64,000 nt of DNA from Pristiophorus japonicus. Lineage: Eukaryota. The notes beneath the pieces were generated by a model that was not told the origin of the DNA, did not search any database, and saw only the letters and a program-made list of their open reading frames with translations. This document shows positions 38,456-51,189 of this stretch, piece by piece. The position numbers were made by a program, and so were the translations under genes. The stretch is from positions 5,022,001 through 5,086,000 of the forward strand of contig NC_092006.1 of assembly GCF_044704955.1 (NCBI RefSeq), in the 5' to 3' direction. Each line of letters starts with the position of its first letter. Within the stretch, counting starts at the first letter, position 1.

Positions 38456-38707
38456 TTATAAAATAGAGATTAAACTGAACAGTAACCGACATATCATCGT
38501 AAGAACAGTGGCCCAACACAACGCTATGTAAGAGTCCATTTCAATGGTAGAGTTTTCGATTGGACCCAATTGGGAAATCGCGCCCAAACTATGTTTGAAA
38601 TTGCACCGACTGTCCGGCAAAACAGAGGAAGCTTTGCACTCCATATCGTCTTTCCTTTCCCATCGGAGTGTTGGCTCCGTGTTAAATGCCAGCTGGGCAT
38701 AAAGAGT
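38456..38707 (-). CDS. Gene C last exon ([19 protein letters not shown]...SLISIL*)
   Basis: ttttctctcacag| acceptor, homologous to the gene B last exon. Confidence 0.6.
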   Translation of the reverse strand, partial: TLYAQLAFNTEPTLRWERKDDMECKASSVLPDSRCNFKHSLGAISQLGPIENSTIEMDSYIALCWATVLTMICRLLFSLISIL

Positions 38708-41700
38708 CTGTGAGAGAAAACAGAAACAATTACCACGGCCCACATCTTCAGCGTCGGAACAGTGGGACAGGAGAGGGCCATTCAGCCCTTCGAGCCTGTT
38801 CCCCCATTCAGTTTGATCATGGCTAATGTGTATCTGAACTCCATCCGCCCGCCTTAAATACCCTCGCCCAACACCAATCTTTCATCGCAGTTTTGAACAT
38901 TTCAATTGACCCTCAGCCTCAACAACTTTATGAGGGAGAGAGTTCCAGGTTCCCGCGGCCCTTTGTCTGAAGATGTGTTTCCTGACATCACCCCTGAACG
39001 GCCGGGCTCGAATTTTAAGGTCAAGCCCCCTTGTTCTGGACTCCCCAGACTCTCTCAAATTCTCTAATCATCTTAAATATCTCGATTACATCACCCTGTA
39101 ATCTACACTCGAGGGAAAACAAGGCCAGTCTAAGAACATAAGAACATAAGATTTAGGAGCAGGAGTCAGCCATTCGGGCCCCTCGAGCCTGCTCCGCCAT
39201 TCAATGAGATCACGGCTAACCTTCGACCTCAACTCCACTTTCCTGCCCCATCTCCATATCCCTTGTTCCCCTCGATTCCGAAAATCTCTCGATCTCAGCC
39301 TTGAATATACTCAACGACTGAGTCTCCACAGCCCTCTGGGGCAGAGAATTCCAAAGATTCACCACCCTCTGAGTGAAGAAATTCCTCCTCATCTCAGTCC
39401 TAAATGGCCGAGCCCTTATCCTGAGACTGTGTGACCCCTGGTTCTAGACTCCCCAGCCCTGATATGATTCAATGAGATCACATCTCATTCTTCTAAACTC
39501 CAGAGAGTATAGGCCCAGTCTACTCAACAGGTATAAGCAACCTGTCCCATAATATAACCCTTTTAGCATGTTGGGACATTTTATTGGTTGTTGATAGCTC
39601 AGGTATAATTGTAGTGAATCGGCAATCCTGTGGGTATTTATAATTACTGACTGAAAATATCCAAATATAGATATTTGAATTTACTTTCAAATAAAAGGTG
39701 AATTTGTTTATTCGTTCCTGGGATGTGGGCGTGGCTGGCAAGGCCGGCATTTATTGCCCATCCCTAATTGCCCCTTGAGAAGGTGGTGGTGAGCCGCCTT
39801 CTTGAACCACAGAGGGTGGTTAAGCACCATTCAAATCGCTGTGGGTTTGGAGTCACGTATCAGCCAGACTGGGTAAGGGGCAGTAGATTTCTGTGATTTC
39901 CTTCCCTGAAACATAGAAACATAGAAACATAGAAAATAGGTGCAGGAGTAGGCCATTCGGCCCTTCGAGCCTGCACCACCATTCAACATGATCATGGCTG
40001 ATCATGCAACTTCTGTACCCCTTTCCTGCTTTTTCTCCATACCCCTTGATCCCTTTAGCCATAAGGGCCACATCTAACTCCCTTTTGAATATATCCAACG
40101 AACTGGCCTCAACATCTTTCTGTGGTGGAGAATTCCACAGGTTCACAATTCTCTGAGTGAAGAAGTTTCTCCTCATCTCGGTCCTAAATGGCTTACCCCT
40201 TATCCTTAGACTGTGACCCCTTGTTCTGGACTTCCCCAACATTGGGAACATTCTTCCTGCATCTAGCCTGTCCAATCCCGTCAGAATTTTATATGTTTCG
40301 ATGAGATTCCCCTCTCATTCTTCTAAATTCCACTGAATATAAGCCTAGTCGATCCAGTCTTTCTTCATATGTCAGTCCTGCCATCCCGGGAATCAGTCTG
40401 GTGAACCTTCGCTGCACTCCCTCAATAGCAAGAATGTCCTTCCTCAGATTAGGAGACCAAAACTGCACACAATACTCCAGGTGTGGCCTCACTGAGGCGC
40501 TGTAGGAGGGCGATGGCTACGAAGCCAGGTCGCTGGTTGCAGTGCGGGCAGGCACAGCAGGAGGGGCGACGGAGCAGCAAGAGTCCGTAGAGGGAAGTGA
40601 TCGAGGCCCAAGAGAGGCGTGAATCTGGGGCCCAGAAGAGACGAGGGCCCAGCCCACACTGTGCGATATGTGCGCGCACTGGGCCCGTGCAGCAGAGCTG
40701 GTCTCCAGTCGTCCTGGTTCACCCTTGCCCCTGGACCAAGACCTCGCTCTGTCAAGCCCATGTGGTGGCTGGTGTGCAACGGTCACCCCACGTTAAAAAA
40801 ACCCACCCACAGGGGCCTTCCACCCTTCAGGATGTAGTTCGGGATCTAGAATTTTAGGTTCTTTATTGAAACACTGTGAACTCATCCCTTTTTTGGCGTG
40901 GAATCAAGCCATACTCACTTCGAGGGACTGCCTATAATGATGATACAACTGCAGTAAGACCTCCCTGTTCCTATACTCAAATCCCCTATACTGTCCTATA
41001 CTCAAAGACATTAGTGACACCAGATGGGGTTTTACAATCTGGTAATTTTATGGTCACCGTTACTTTTTAATTCCACATTTATTTGATTAATTGAATTTAA
41101 ACTTCTCACCTACCATGGTGGGATTGGAATTCGGGTCCCCGGGATTAATAGTCCAGGCGCCTGGATTACTAGCCCGCTGACATAACCACTATGCTACCGT
41201 TCTGTCGTGTTAAGCGAAGACAGCTCTTTTCCTATCTACCGCCTGGAACAGCGAACCACCCTGCAAGCGGATAAATTGGGAGTGCGGAGGAGTTTGAAGC
41301 ACCTTGCGACCATCCCTACCTGACTGCCGCTCCGGACAGCCGCCACAGACACCATCAGGAGCAGGAGAAGCGCCGCCAACAAATTCAGGACCAACCGCAA
41401 TCCGCAGGCGCTCTGTGACGGAGACACTGCAAGAAAAGAGCTTTTTTAAAGAAAAAGGACGTTTCTGCAAAGAGTTAAACAAGTGCAGCCACCGAGCAAA
41501 TCTGCTTGTGGAATTTCACACAAAACATTTTGCATAGTTCCCCAGCGAGCAGATATCTGAGAGGCCCCTGCTTACCGATAACTTTGCAATTAACAAGGAC
41601 TGCGATGTTGCGATAGACAGGCAGACACGGGCAGACACCTGAGAGATAGACAGATAAGAACACAAGAAATAGGAGCAGGAGTCGGCCATTTGGCTCCACA

Positions 41701-44700
41701 GCTGGTCTGGTCTCGGGCTCAGCTCTACTTCCCTGTCTGATAGATAGACAGACAGACATAGAGATAGAGATAGAGAGAGAGTTAGAGAGTTAGAGAGAGA
41801 GAGAGGGAGATAGAGAGAGAGAGAGAGAGAGAGGGAGATAGATAGATAGAGAGTTAGAGAGAGAGAGATAGATAGATAGAGAGTTAGAGATAGAGAGTTA
41901 GAGTTAGAGATAGAGAGTTAGAGATAGAGATAGAGAGTTAGAGATAGAGATAGAGAGTTAGAGATAGAGAGTTAGAGATAGAGAGTTAGAGAGATAGATA
42001 GATAGAGTTAGAGATAGAGAGTTAGAGATAGAGAGTTAGAGATAGAGAGTTAGAGAGATAGATCGATTGGATAGGCTGGGTTGTTTTCTTTGGAACAGAG
42101 GAGACTGAGGGGCGACCTTATTGAGGTGTATAAAATTATGAGGGGCCTGGATAGAGTGGATAGGACAGACCTGTTTCCCTTGGCAGAGGGGTCAACAACC
42201 AGGGGTCACAGATTGAAAGTAATTGGGAGGAGGTTTAGAGGGGATTTGAGGGGAAATGTCTTCACCCAGAGGGTGGCGGGGGTCTGGGGTGGAACTCACT
42301 GCCTGAAAGGGTGGTAGAGGCAGAAACCCTCACCACATTTAAAAAGCACCTGGATGTGCGCTTGAAGTTCCGTAACCTACAGGGCTACGGACTGAGAGCT
42401 GGAAAGTGGGATTAGGCTGGGTGGCTCTTTGTCGGCCAGTGCGGACACGATGGGCCGAATGACCTCCTTCCATGCTGTAAATTTCTATGATTCTAGGATA
42501 GACATCGCGATAGAACACAGCACAGTGGAAATGTAATCACATTTTCGACTTTTAAGCAGGGAGGTACCTTACTCCGAACATTTATTCCCTAGCTAGACAG
42601 ATAGACTTCAAAATTCAGCAAGGTAGACACTGAAACATTGAGAGATATGTGATAGGGAGATCATGGTATAATTATACACGGAGACGCAGAAAAGGACGTA
42701 AGAATATAAGAACATAAGAAATAGGAGCAGGAGTCGGCCATTCGGCCCCTCGAGCCTGCTCCGCCATTCAATACGATCCTGGCTGATCCGATCATGGACT
42801 CAGCTCCACTTCCCCGCCCACTCCCCATAACCCTTCACTTCCTTATCGCTCAAAAATCTGTCTATCTCCACCTTATATATATTCAATGTCCCAGCCTCCA
42901 CAGCTCTCTGGAGCCGAGAATTCCACAGATTTACAACCCTCTGAGAGAAGAAATTCCTCCTCATCTCAGTTTTAAATGGGCGGCCCCTTATTCTGAGACT
43001 ATGCCCCCTAGTTCTAGTCTCCCTCATCAGTGGAAACATCCTCTCTGCATCCACCTTGTCGAGCCCCCTCATTATCTTATACGTTTCGATAAGATCACCT
43101 CTCATTCTTCTGAACTCCAATGAGTAGAGACCCAACCTGCTCAACCTTACCTAAGAAGTCAACCCCCTCATCTCCGAAATCAACCAAGTGAACCTTCTCT
43201 GAACTGCCTCCAGTGCAAGTATATCCTTCCTTAAATACGGAGACCAAAACTGCACGCAGTACTCCAGGTGTGGCCTCACCAATACCCTCTCCAGTTGTAG
43301 CAGGACTTCTCTGCTTTTATACTCTATCCCCCTTGCAATAAAGGCCAAGATTCCATTCCAGTTGAGGTCTAAGATTGGCCGTGATCTTATTGAATGGCAG
43401 AGCAGGCTCGAGGGGCCGAATGGCCTCCTCCTGCTCCTAATTCGTATATTCTAAAATAGAGGTTAGACTGAACAGTAACCGACATATCGTAGAGGGTTGT
43501 TGAGGCCAGTCTGTTAGATATATTAAAGAGGAAGCTAGATATGGCCCTTACAGCTAAAGGGATCAAGGGGTATGGAGAGAAAGCAGGAATGGGGTACTGA
43601 GGTGAATGATCAGCCATGATCATATTGAATGGTGGTGCAGGCTCGAAGGGCCGAATGGCCTACTCCTGCACATATTTTCTATGTTTCTATGTAAGGACAG
43701 TGGCTAAATACAGCGCTATGTATTCTGAATTCCCTGTCATTCTTCTGAACTCCAGTCCTTCAATATACAAAAAGTTGCGAAGAAGTGAGACTCACATCAC
43801 CATTGAAGATATTAGTGAAGGGGACACCGGCCACAGTTACCTCCCGGAGATGCGACGCTTTCACTCAGGAGATCCCCGGTGGCGTTGATCGGAACGGTGC
43901 AAGTGCAGACGGCGCCGCTGCGCCAGGTTTCGGCCGAGACGCTCAGGACGCTTCTGGCGGTATAGCTCCCGTCCGGCTCCAGCCTGCCGGGCTCGCTCCG
44001 TCCCTCGGCGGCCCGTCCCGCAACCAGCCAGCGGATGGGGAAGGAGTCCGGAGCAGCGCCCCGCACCAGACACATCAAGGACACTCTCTCCAGCCGGGGA
44101 ATCTCAGCCGGCGGTGGCGTTAAGAGGAAGAGGACCGGGGGGCCCGCTAGATGGAAGAGAAATTGGAATTAACCAGGCGCACAAGGTAGGTTTAAATTGG
44201 TGTCTCGACGCACAATTGGATGGACGAGTGGGATTACCTGTGATCACCAGCGTGGTGCCAGTCCCGAATATCAGGGACCGATTCCTGGCGTTTGGAGCAG
44301 CGCAGTAATACCGCCCAGAATCGCTCCTCTGGACGTTGTCAATGACCAGCGAATGATTCCCTGATTGCTCGCATACCTCGCCGGAAAATCTTCCCCCGGG
44401 CCTCACGAACCGTCCGGTTTTGTAAACAATCCGCATGCCCTCTCGGTGCCAGTGTGTGTACCAGTAAACGATGCCCGGGGCCAGCCTCCCGGTCTGGCAT
44501 TGAAGTTTGACCAGGCTCCCGACATCGGCCGTTAGCAGCGCCGGAAATTGGCTCAAGACCGCCTGAGACACGACAGCTGAGACAAGGTTGCGGGGGGGGG
44601 GGGGGACACAAAAATTAAAAAAAACACAATATTAACAACAGGTTATAGGCCCCCGAGTCACCCTGGATACCGACACATCTCAAATTCCCCTCCACTGGCG

Positions 44701-47700
44701 CGTCGGGAGCGCGTGTGGGACATTCCGCCGCGCTGCGCACCGTTAAATTGCGCCTCTCCGCCCGCAATTCCCACAGGCGCACAGTCCGAGTCCGTTCGCT
44801 GTGAAATCCGCTCCAATCATTGGCGAGCACCATGGCGACTGACTGCAGTTAAGATTGCAAAATCCTTCTCCCAAACCGATTATGCTTCCCCCTGGTCTAA
44901 CCCGGCTCTCCAATCCATCTCTCCAGGGGTTGGGGACCGGGGGGCGCTTGATTGTGTTAAAATGGGGCGATAGCTTTCTCACTAATTCCACTAGACAGGC
45001 CCCCTCTCCCAACGGTAGACCCTCGCCTTCAAATACCGGAGTTCACTGACAACTTTATCTCAGTTAGGGGGCAGTTCAGTGTCACATTCGCTTCCACTCA
45101 CCCATCACAATGTTCGGCTCCAAAGTCGCGCTATCGGTATTGAGCGAAGCCCGCACACCTTTATACTTTGCCCAATATCTAATCTGCTTCTTAAAAAAAT
45201 TATAGTTAAACGCAAACTTGTGTATCAGCGAACGATGCAACACAGGAGGCCATTCGGCCCATCAAACCTGTGTTGTGCCGGCTCTGTGACAGAGCGACTC
45301 AATCATTCCCACTCCGCCCCTGCTCTTTCCCCACAGCCCGGCATATTGCCTCCTTTCCAAATATTTATCCAATTCCCCCGTTTGAAAGTCACTTTTTCAT
45401 CTGCTCCCAGTGCCCCTTTCAGGCAGCGCGTTCCCGAGCACAAGCTCTCAGGGCTTGAAATCACGTCCTGATCTCCCCCTCTGGTTCTGTTACCGATTAT
45501 CTTAAACATGTGTCCTCTGCTTACCCACCCTCCTCCCACTGGAAACAATCTCTCCTTCTTTACTCGATCGGAAACCTTCTCCTTATTAATTCTATACAAA
45601 ACCCTTCTCCTTATTAATTCTCTCCAAAACCCTTCTCCTTATTAATTCTCTCCAAAACCCGTCTAAAATCCAAAATCCAAAAGAGCAGGAGTAAACGGGT
45701 ACTTTTCAGAATGGCAGGCAGTGACTAGTGGAGTGCCGCAAGGTTCTGTGCTGGGGCCCCAGCTGTTTACATTGTACATTAATGATTTAGACGAGGGGAT
45801 TAAATGCAGTATCTCCAAATTTGCGGATGATACTAAGTTGGGTGGCAGTGTGAGCTGCGAGGAGGATGCTATTAGGCTGCAGAGTGACTTGGATAGGTTA
45901 GGTGAGTGGGCAAATGCATGGCAGATGAAGTATAATGTGGATAAATGTGAGGTTATCCACTTTGGTGGTAAAAACAGAGAGACAGACTATTATCTGAATG
46001 GTGACAGATTAGGAAAAGGGAAGGTGCAACGAGACCTGGGTGTCATGGTACATCAGTCATTGAAGGTTGGCATGCAGGTACAGCAGGCGGTTAAGAAAGC
46101 AAATGGCATGTTGGCCTTCATAGCGAGGGGATTTGAATACAGGGGCAGGGAGGTGTTGCTACAGTTGTACAGGGCCTTGGTGAGGCCACACCTGGAGTAT
46201 TGTGTACAGTTTTGGTCTCCTAACTTGAGGAAGGACATTCTTGCTATTGAGGGAGTGCAGCGAAGGTTCACCAGACTGATTCCCGGGATGGCGGGACTGA
46301 CCTATCAAGAAAGATTGGATCAACTGGGCTTGTATTCACTGGAGTTCAGAAGAATGAGAGGGGACCTCATAGAAACGTTTAAAATTCTGACGGGTTTAGA
46401 CAGGTTAGATGCAGAAAGAATGTTCCCAATGTTGGGGGAGTCCAGAACCAGGGGTCACAGTCTGAGGATAAGGGGTAAGCCATTTAGGACCGAGATGAGG
46501 AGAAACTTCTTCACCCAGAGAGTGGTGAACCTGTGGAATTCTCTACCACAGAAAGTAGTTGAGGCCAATTCACTAAATATATTCAAAAGGGAGTTAGATG
46601 AAGTCCTTACTACTCGGGGGATCAAGGGTTATGGCGAGAAAGCAGGAAGGGGGTACTGAAGTTTCATGTTCAGCCATGAACTCATTGAATGGCGGTGCAG
46701 GCTAGAAGGGCTGAATGGCCTGCTCCTGCACCTATTTTCTATGTTTCTATGTTTCTATGTCTCCTTATTAATTCTCTCCAAAACCCTTCTCCTTATTAAT
46801 TCGCTCCAAAACCCTTCTCCTTATTAATTCGCTCCAAAACCCTTCTCCTTATTAATTCTCTACAAAATCCTTCCCCTTATTAATTCGCTCCAAAACCCTT
46901 CTCCTTATTAATTCGCTCCAAAACCCTTCTCCTTATTAATTCGCTCCAAAACCCTTCTCCTTATTAATTCTCTACAAAATCCTTCCCCTTATTAATTCGC
47001 TCCAAAACCCTTCTCCTTATTAATTCTAACCAAAACCCTTCTCCTTATTAATTCGCTCCAAAACCCTTCTCCTTATTAATTCTAACCAAAACCCTTCTCC
47101 TTATTAATTATCTCCAAAATCGTTCTCCTTATTAATTCGCTCCAAAACCCTTCTCCTTATTAATTCTAACCAAAACCCTTCTCCTTATTAATTCTCTCCA
47201 AAACCCTTCTCCTTATTAATTCTATCCAAAACCCTTCTCATTATTAATTCACTCCAAAACCCTTCTCCTTATTAATTCTCTCCAAAATCCTTCTCATTAT
47301 TAATTCTCTCCAAAACCCTTCTCATTATTAATTCTCTCCAAAACCCTTCTCCTTATTAATTCTATCCAAAATCCTCCTCCTTATTAATTCTCTCCAAAAC
47401 CCTCCTCCTTATTAATTCTCTCCAAAACCCTTCTCCTTATTATTCTATCCAAAACCCTTCTCCTTATTAATTCTATCCAAAACCCTCCTCCTTATTAATT
47501 CTCTCCAAAACCCTTCTCCTTATTAATTCTCTCCAAGACCCTTCTCCTTATTAATTCTCTCCAAGACCCTTCTCCTTATTAATTCTCTCCAAAACCCTTC
47601 TCCTTATTAATTCTCTCCAAAACCCTTCTCCTTATTAATTCTATCCAAAACCCTTCTCCTTATTAATTCTCTCCAAAACCCTTCTCCTTATTAATTCTCT

Positions 47701-48796
47701 CCAAAACCCTTCTCATTATTAATTCTCTCCAAAACCCTTCTCCTTATTAATTCTCTCCAAAACCCTTCTCCTTATTAATTCGATCCAAAACCCTCCTCCT
47801 TATTAATTCTCTCCAAAACCCTTCTCCTTATTAATTCTCTCCAAGACCCTTCTCCTTATTAATTCTCTCCAAGACCCTTCTCCTTATTAATTCTCTCCAA
47901 AACCCTTCTCCTCATTAATTCTCTCCAAAACCCTTCTCCTTATTAATTCCATCCAAAACCCTTGTCCTTATTAATTCTCTCCAAAATCCTCCTCCTTATT
48001 AATTCTCTCCAAAACCCTTCTCATTATTAATTCTCTCCAAAACCCTTCTCCTTATTAATTCTCTCCAAAACCCTTATCCTTATTAATTCTATCCAAAATC
48101 CTCCTCCTTATTAATTCTCTCCAAAACCCTCCTCCTTATTAATTCTCTCCAAAACCCTTCTCCTTATTAATTCTCTCCAAAACCCTTCTCCTTATTAATT
48201 CTATCCAAAACCCTTCTCCTTATTAATTCTATTCAAAACCCTCCTCCTTATTAATTCTCTCCAAAACCCTTCTCCTTATTAATTCTCTCCAAGACCCTTC
48301 TCCTTATTAATTCTCTCCAAGACCCTTCTCCTTATTAATTCTCTCCAAAACCCTTCTCCTTATTAATTCTATCCAAAACCCTTCTCCTTATTAATTCTCT
48401 CCAAAACCCTTCTCCTTATTAATTCTATCCAAAAACCTTCCCATTATTAATTCTCTCCAAAACCCTTCTCCTGATTAATTGTATCCAAAACCCTTCTCCT
48501 TATTAATTCTATCCAAAACCCTTCTCCTTATTAATTCTATCCAAAACCCTTCTCCTTATTAATTCTCTCCAAAACCCTTCTCCTTATTAATTCTCTCCAA
48601 AACCCTTTTCCTTATTAATTCTCTCAAAAACCCTTCTCCTTATTAATTCTCTCCAAAACCCTTTTCCTTATTAATTCGCTCCAAAATCCTTCCCTTGGTT
48701 GACTCTCTCCTAACCCCTTCCTCACTCTGGCAAAACATCGAAGGCTATCTCACCTTGGAAGAGATGGAACAGCACACAGAGACCACAGAAGCTCAT
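38456..48796 (-). CDS. Gene C: non-rearranging VJ-C1-TM receptor, exons 48796-48754, 44576-44238, 44146-43841, 41426-41320, 38707-38456 (about 348 aa if the TM exon splices directly to the last exon)
   Basis: Leader [14 protein letters not shown]; V ends [24 protein letters not shown]; C1 ..GAVCTC; TM exon [36 protein letters not shown] ends in phase 0; last exon [12 protein letters not shown].. starts in phase 0. The 3' structure is less certain. Confidence 0.75.
39908..40492 (-). mobile_element. CR1-clade LINE fragment
   Basis: ORFs 39853-40275 and 40289-40492. Confidence 0.9.
41320..41426 (-). CDS. Gene C stalk and TM exon (107 nt)
   Basis: tttcttgcag|TG, TCAG|gtaggg; aligns to the gene B TM exon with a 10-nt deletion. 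Confidence 0.8.
41740..42065 (+). repeat. GA/GATA/GAGTTA compound microsatellite
   Basis: Direct; positionally equivalent to the GATA tract in gene B. Confidence 0.9.
42066..43690. mobile_element. CR1 fragments in the gene C C1-TM intron
   Basis: CR1 peptides on both strands. Confidence 0.85.
43841..44146 (-). CDS. Gene C C1-set exon (306 nt)
   Basis: ccatctag|CG, GGAG|gtaact; [37 protein letters not shown]. Confidence 0.9.
44238..44576 (-). CDS. Gene C germline-joined VJ exon (339 nt)
   Basis: gtctcag|CT, ACAG|gtaatc; [35 protein letters not shown]. Confidence 0.92.
45685..46759 (+). mobile_element. Young CR1-clade LINE, 5'-truncated, uninterrupted 312-aa RT ORF (45721-46659), inserted in the 28-bp array
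   Basis: [22 protein letters not shown] motifs; no stops; absent from the gene D arm. Confidence 0.95.
46760..48695 (-). repeat. Same 28-bp minisatellite, inverted, about 69 copies, in gene C intron 1 (about 3 more units at 45573-45660)
   Basis: (CTCTCCAAAACCCTTCTCCTTATTAATT)n is the reverse complement of the 55910-60858 unit. Confidence 0.97.
48754..48796 (-). CDS. Gene C leader exon
   Basis: 43 nt, CAAG|gtgaga; inverted twin at 55803-55845. Confidence 0.75.
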
Positions 48797-49494
48797 TATC
48801 CCTGCCCCAGGAGGGTTGAACTCTGATGCTGGGACTGGCAGCTCAGGGAGGAATGCTTGTCAGCAGGTCGGTGTGAGGCTGGTGTGAAATGCCGAGCCAA
48901 TTGTGGTAAGCACGCACTGTGTTTATTAATAAATGTACGATTTGGGCTGCAAAATAGTGCCGAAGCAGAAAGCTCTGTGTGGGTTTCCTGTTTTTACAGG
49001 TAAAGAGATGAAACACACACACACCATCTGTGTTACAGAAGGCACCTCGTCTCTACGCATGTTAGTTTGACCACACTTGGAGCACTGCGCACGGTTCTGG
49101 TCTCCATCTTTCAAAAGAATATAGAGGCACTGGAGCGGGTGTAAACAAGATTCAGAAAGATGACACCAGAACTGAGAGAGGTTATACTGATCAGGAAAGG
49201 CTGGACAGACTGGGGCACTTTTCTCCAGAAAATTACATAGTATGCACATCACAGAAACAGACCATTCAGCCCCACCGCTCCGTGCCGGGGTTTATGCTCC
49301 ACACCAGCCCCTCCCACCTCTCTCCATCTCACCCCATCCCCATATCCTTCTATTCCTTTCTCCCTCATGTGTTTATCCAGCCTCCCCTTAAATACATCGA
49401 TACTATTCGCCTCAACCCCTCCCTATGGCAGCGAGTTCCACATCTCAGCGCTCTCTGGGTCAAGAAGTTTCTCCTGAATTCCCCATTGGGTTTA

Positions 49495-50962
49495 TAAGAA
49501 CATAAGAAACAGGAGCAGGAGTAGGCCATTCGGCCCCTCGAGCCTGCTCTGCCATTTAGTACGATCATGGCTGATCTGATCATGGACTCAGCTCCACTTC
49601 CCTGCCCGCCCCCTTATTCCCTTATCGTTTAAGAAACTGTCTTAAATTTATTCAATGTCCCAGCTTCCACAGCTCTCTGAGGCAGCAAATTCCACAGATT
49701 TACAACCCTCTGAGAGAAGAAATTTCTCCTCATCTCAGTTTTAAATGGGCGGCCCCTTATTCTAAGACCATGCCCCCTAGTTCTAGTCTCTCCCATCAGT
49801 GAAAACATCCTCTCTGCATCCACCTTGTCAAGCCCCCTCATAATCTTATATGTTTCGATAAGATCACCTTTCATTCTTCTGAATTCCAATGAGTAGAGGC
49901 CCAACCTACTCAACCTTTCCTCATAAGTCAACCCCCTCATCCCCGGAATCAACTGAGTGAACCTTCTCTGAACTGCCTCCAAAGCAAGTATATCCTTTCG
50001 TAAATATGGAAACCAAAACTGCACGCAGTACTCCAGGTGTGGCCTCACCAATACCCTGTATAACTGTAGCAAGACTTCCCTGCTTTTATACTCCATCCCC
50101 TTTGCAATAAAGGCCAAGATTCCATTGGTCTTCCTGATCACTTGCTGTACCTGCATACTATCCTTTTGTGTTTCATGCACAAGTACCCCCAGGTCCCGCT
50201 GTACTGCAGCACTTTGCAATCTTTCTCCATTTAAATAATAACTTGCTCTTTGATTTTTTTCTGCCAAAGTGCATGACTTCACACTTTCCAACATTATACT
50301 CCATCTGCCAAATTTTTGCCCACTCACTTAGCCTGTCTCTGTCCTTTTGCAGATTTTTTGTGTCCTCCTCACACATTGTTTTTCCTCCCATCTTTGTATC
50401 ATCAGCAAACTTGGCTACGTTACACTCAGTCCCTTCTTCCAAGTCGTCAATCTAGATTCCAAGTCGCCAATACAACACTGATCCCTGCGGCACCCCCCTA
50501 GATACAGATTGCCAATCTGAGAATGAACCATTTATCCCGACTCTCTGTTTTCTGTTTGTTAGCCAATCCTCTAATCATGCTAATATATTGCCCCCAACCC
50601 CGTAAACTTTTATCTTGTGCAGTAACCTTTCATGTGGCACCTTGTCAAATGCCTTCTGGAAGTCCAAATACACCACATCCACTGGTTCCCCTTTATCCAT
50701 CTTGTTCATTACATCCTAAAAGAATTCCAGCAAATTTGTCAAACATGACTTCCCCTTCATAAATCCATGCTGACTCTGCCTGACCCAATTTTGCTTTTCC
50801 AAATGTCCTGCTACTGCTTCTTTAATAATGCACTCCAACATTTTCCCGACCACAGATGTTAGGCTAACTGGTCTATAGTTTCCTGCTTTTTGTCTGCCTC
50901 CTTTTTTAAATAGGGGCGTTACATTTGAAGTTTTCCAATCTGCTGGGACCTCTGCAGAATCC
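49495..50962 (-). mobile_element. CR1-clade LINE fragment (about 1.5 kb, frameshifted)
   Basis: NYRPVSLTSVVGK..SQHGFMKGKSCLTNL..KFADDTK..CVQFW. Confidence 0.92.
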
Positions 50963-51189
50963 ATTTATGAGTGACTGTCTTATATCGATGGCCCCCTCGT
51001 TCTGGTCTTCTCCCTCAAGTTGGAAGCATCTCTATTGTGAGGCAGAAGTGGATATGATCCATTCAGACTTCCCTATAACGGTGGTGAGCACATATTTGAG
51101 GTATGGAGAACCCAGATGCAATGAAAATGGGTTAAGAATGTAAAAAAACACAAGATAAGGCCCGAGGACTGTGCAAGAAACAGACCTGG

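Noticed and set aside
45721-46659. Host reverse-transcriptase gene (also 153-797, 8629-9264, 31242-31856, 49629-50327)
   Set aside because: 5'-truncated CR1 ORF2 remnants with LINE 3' tails
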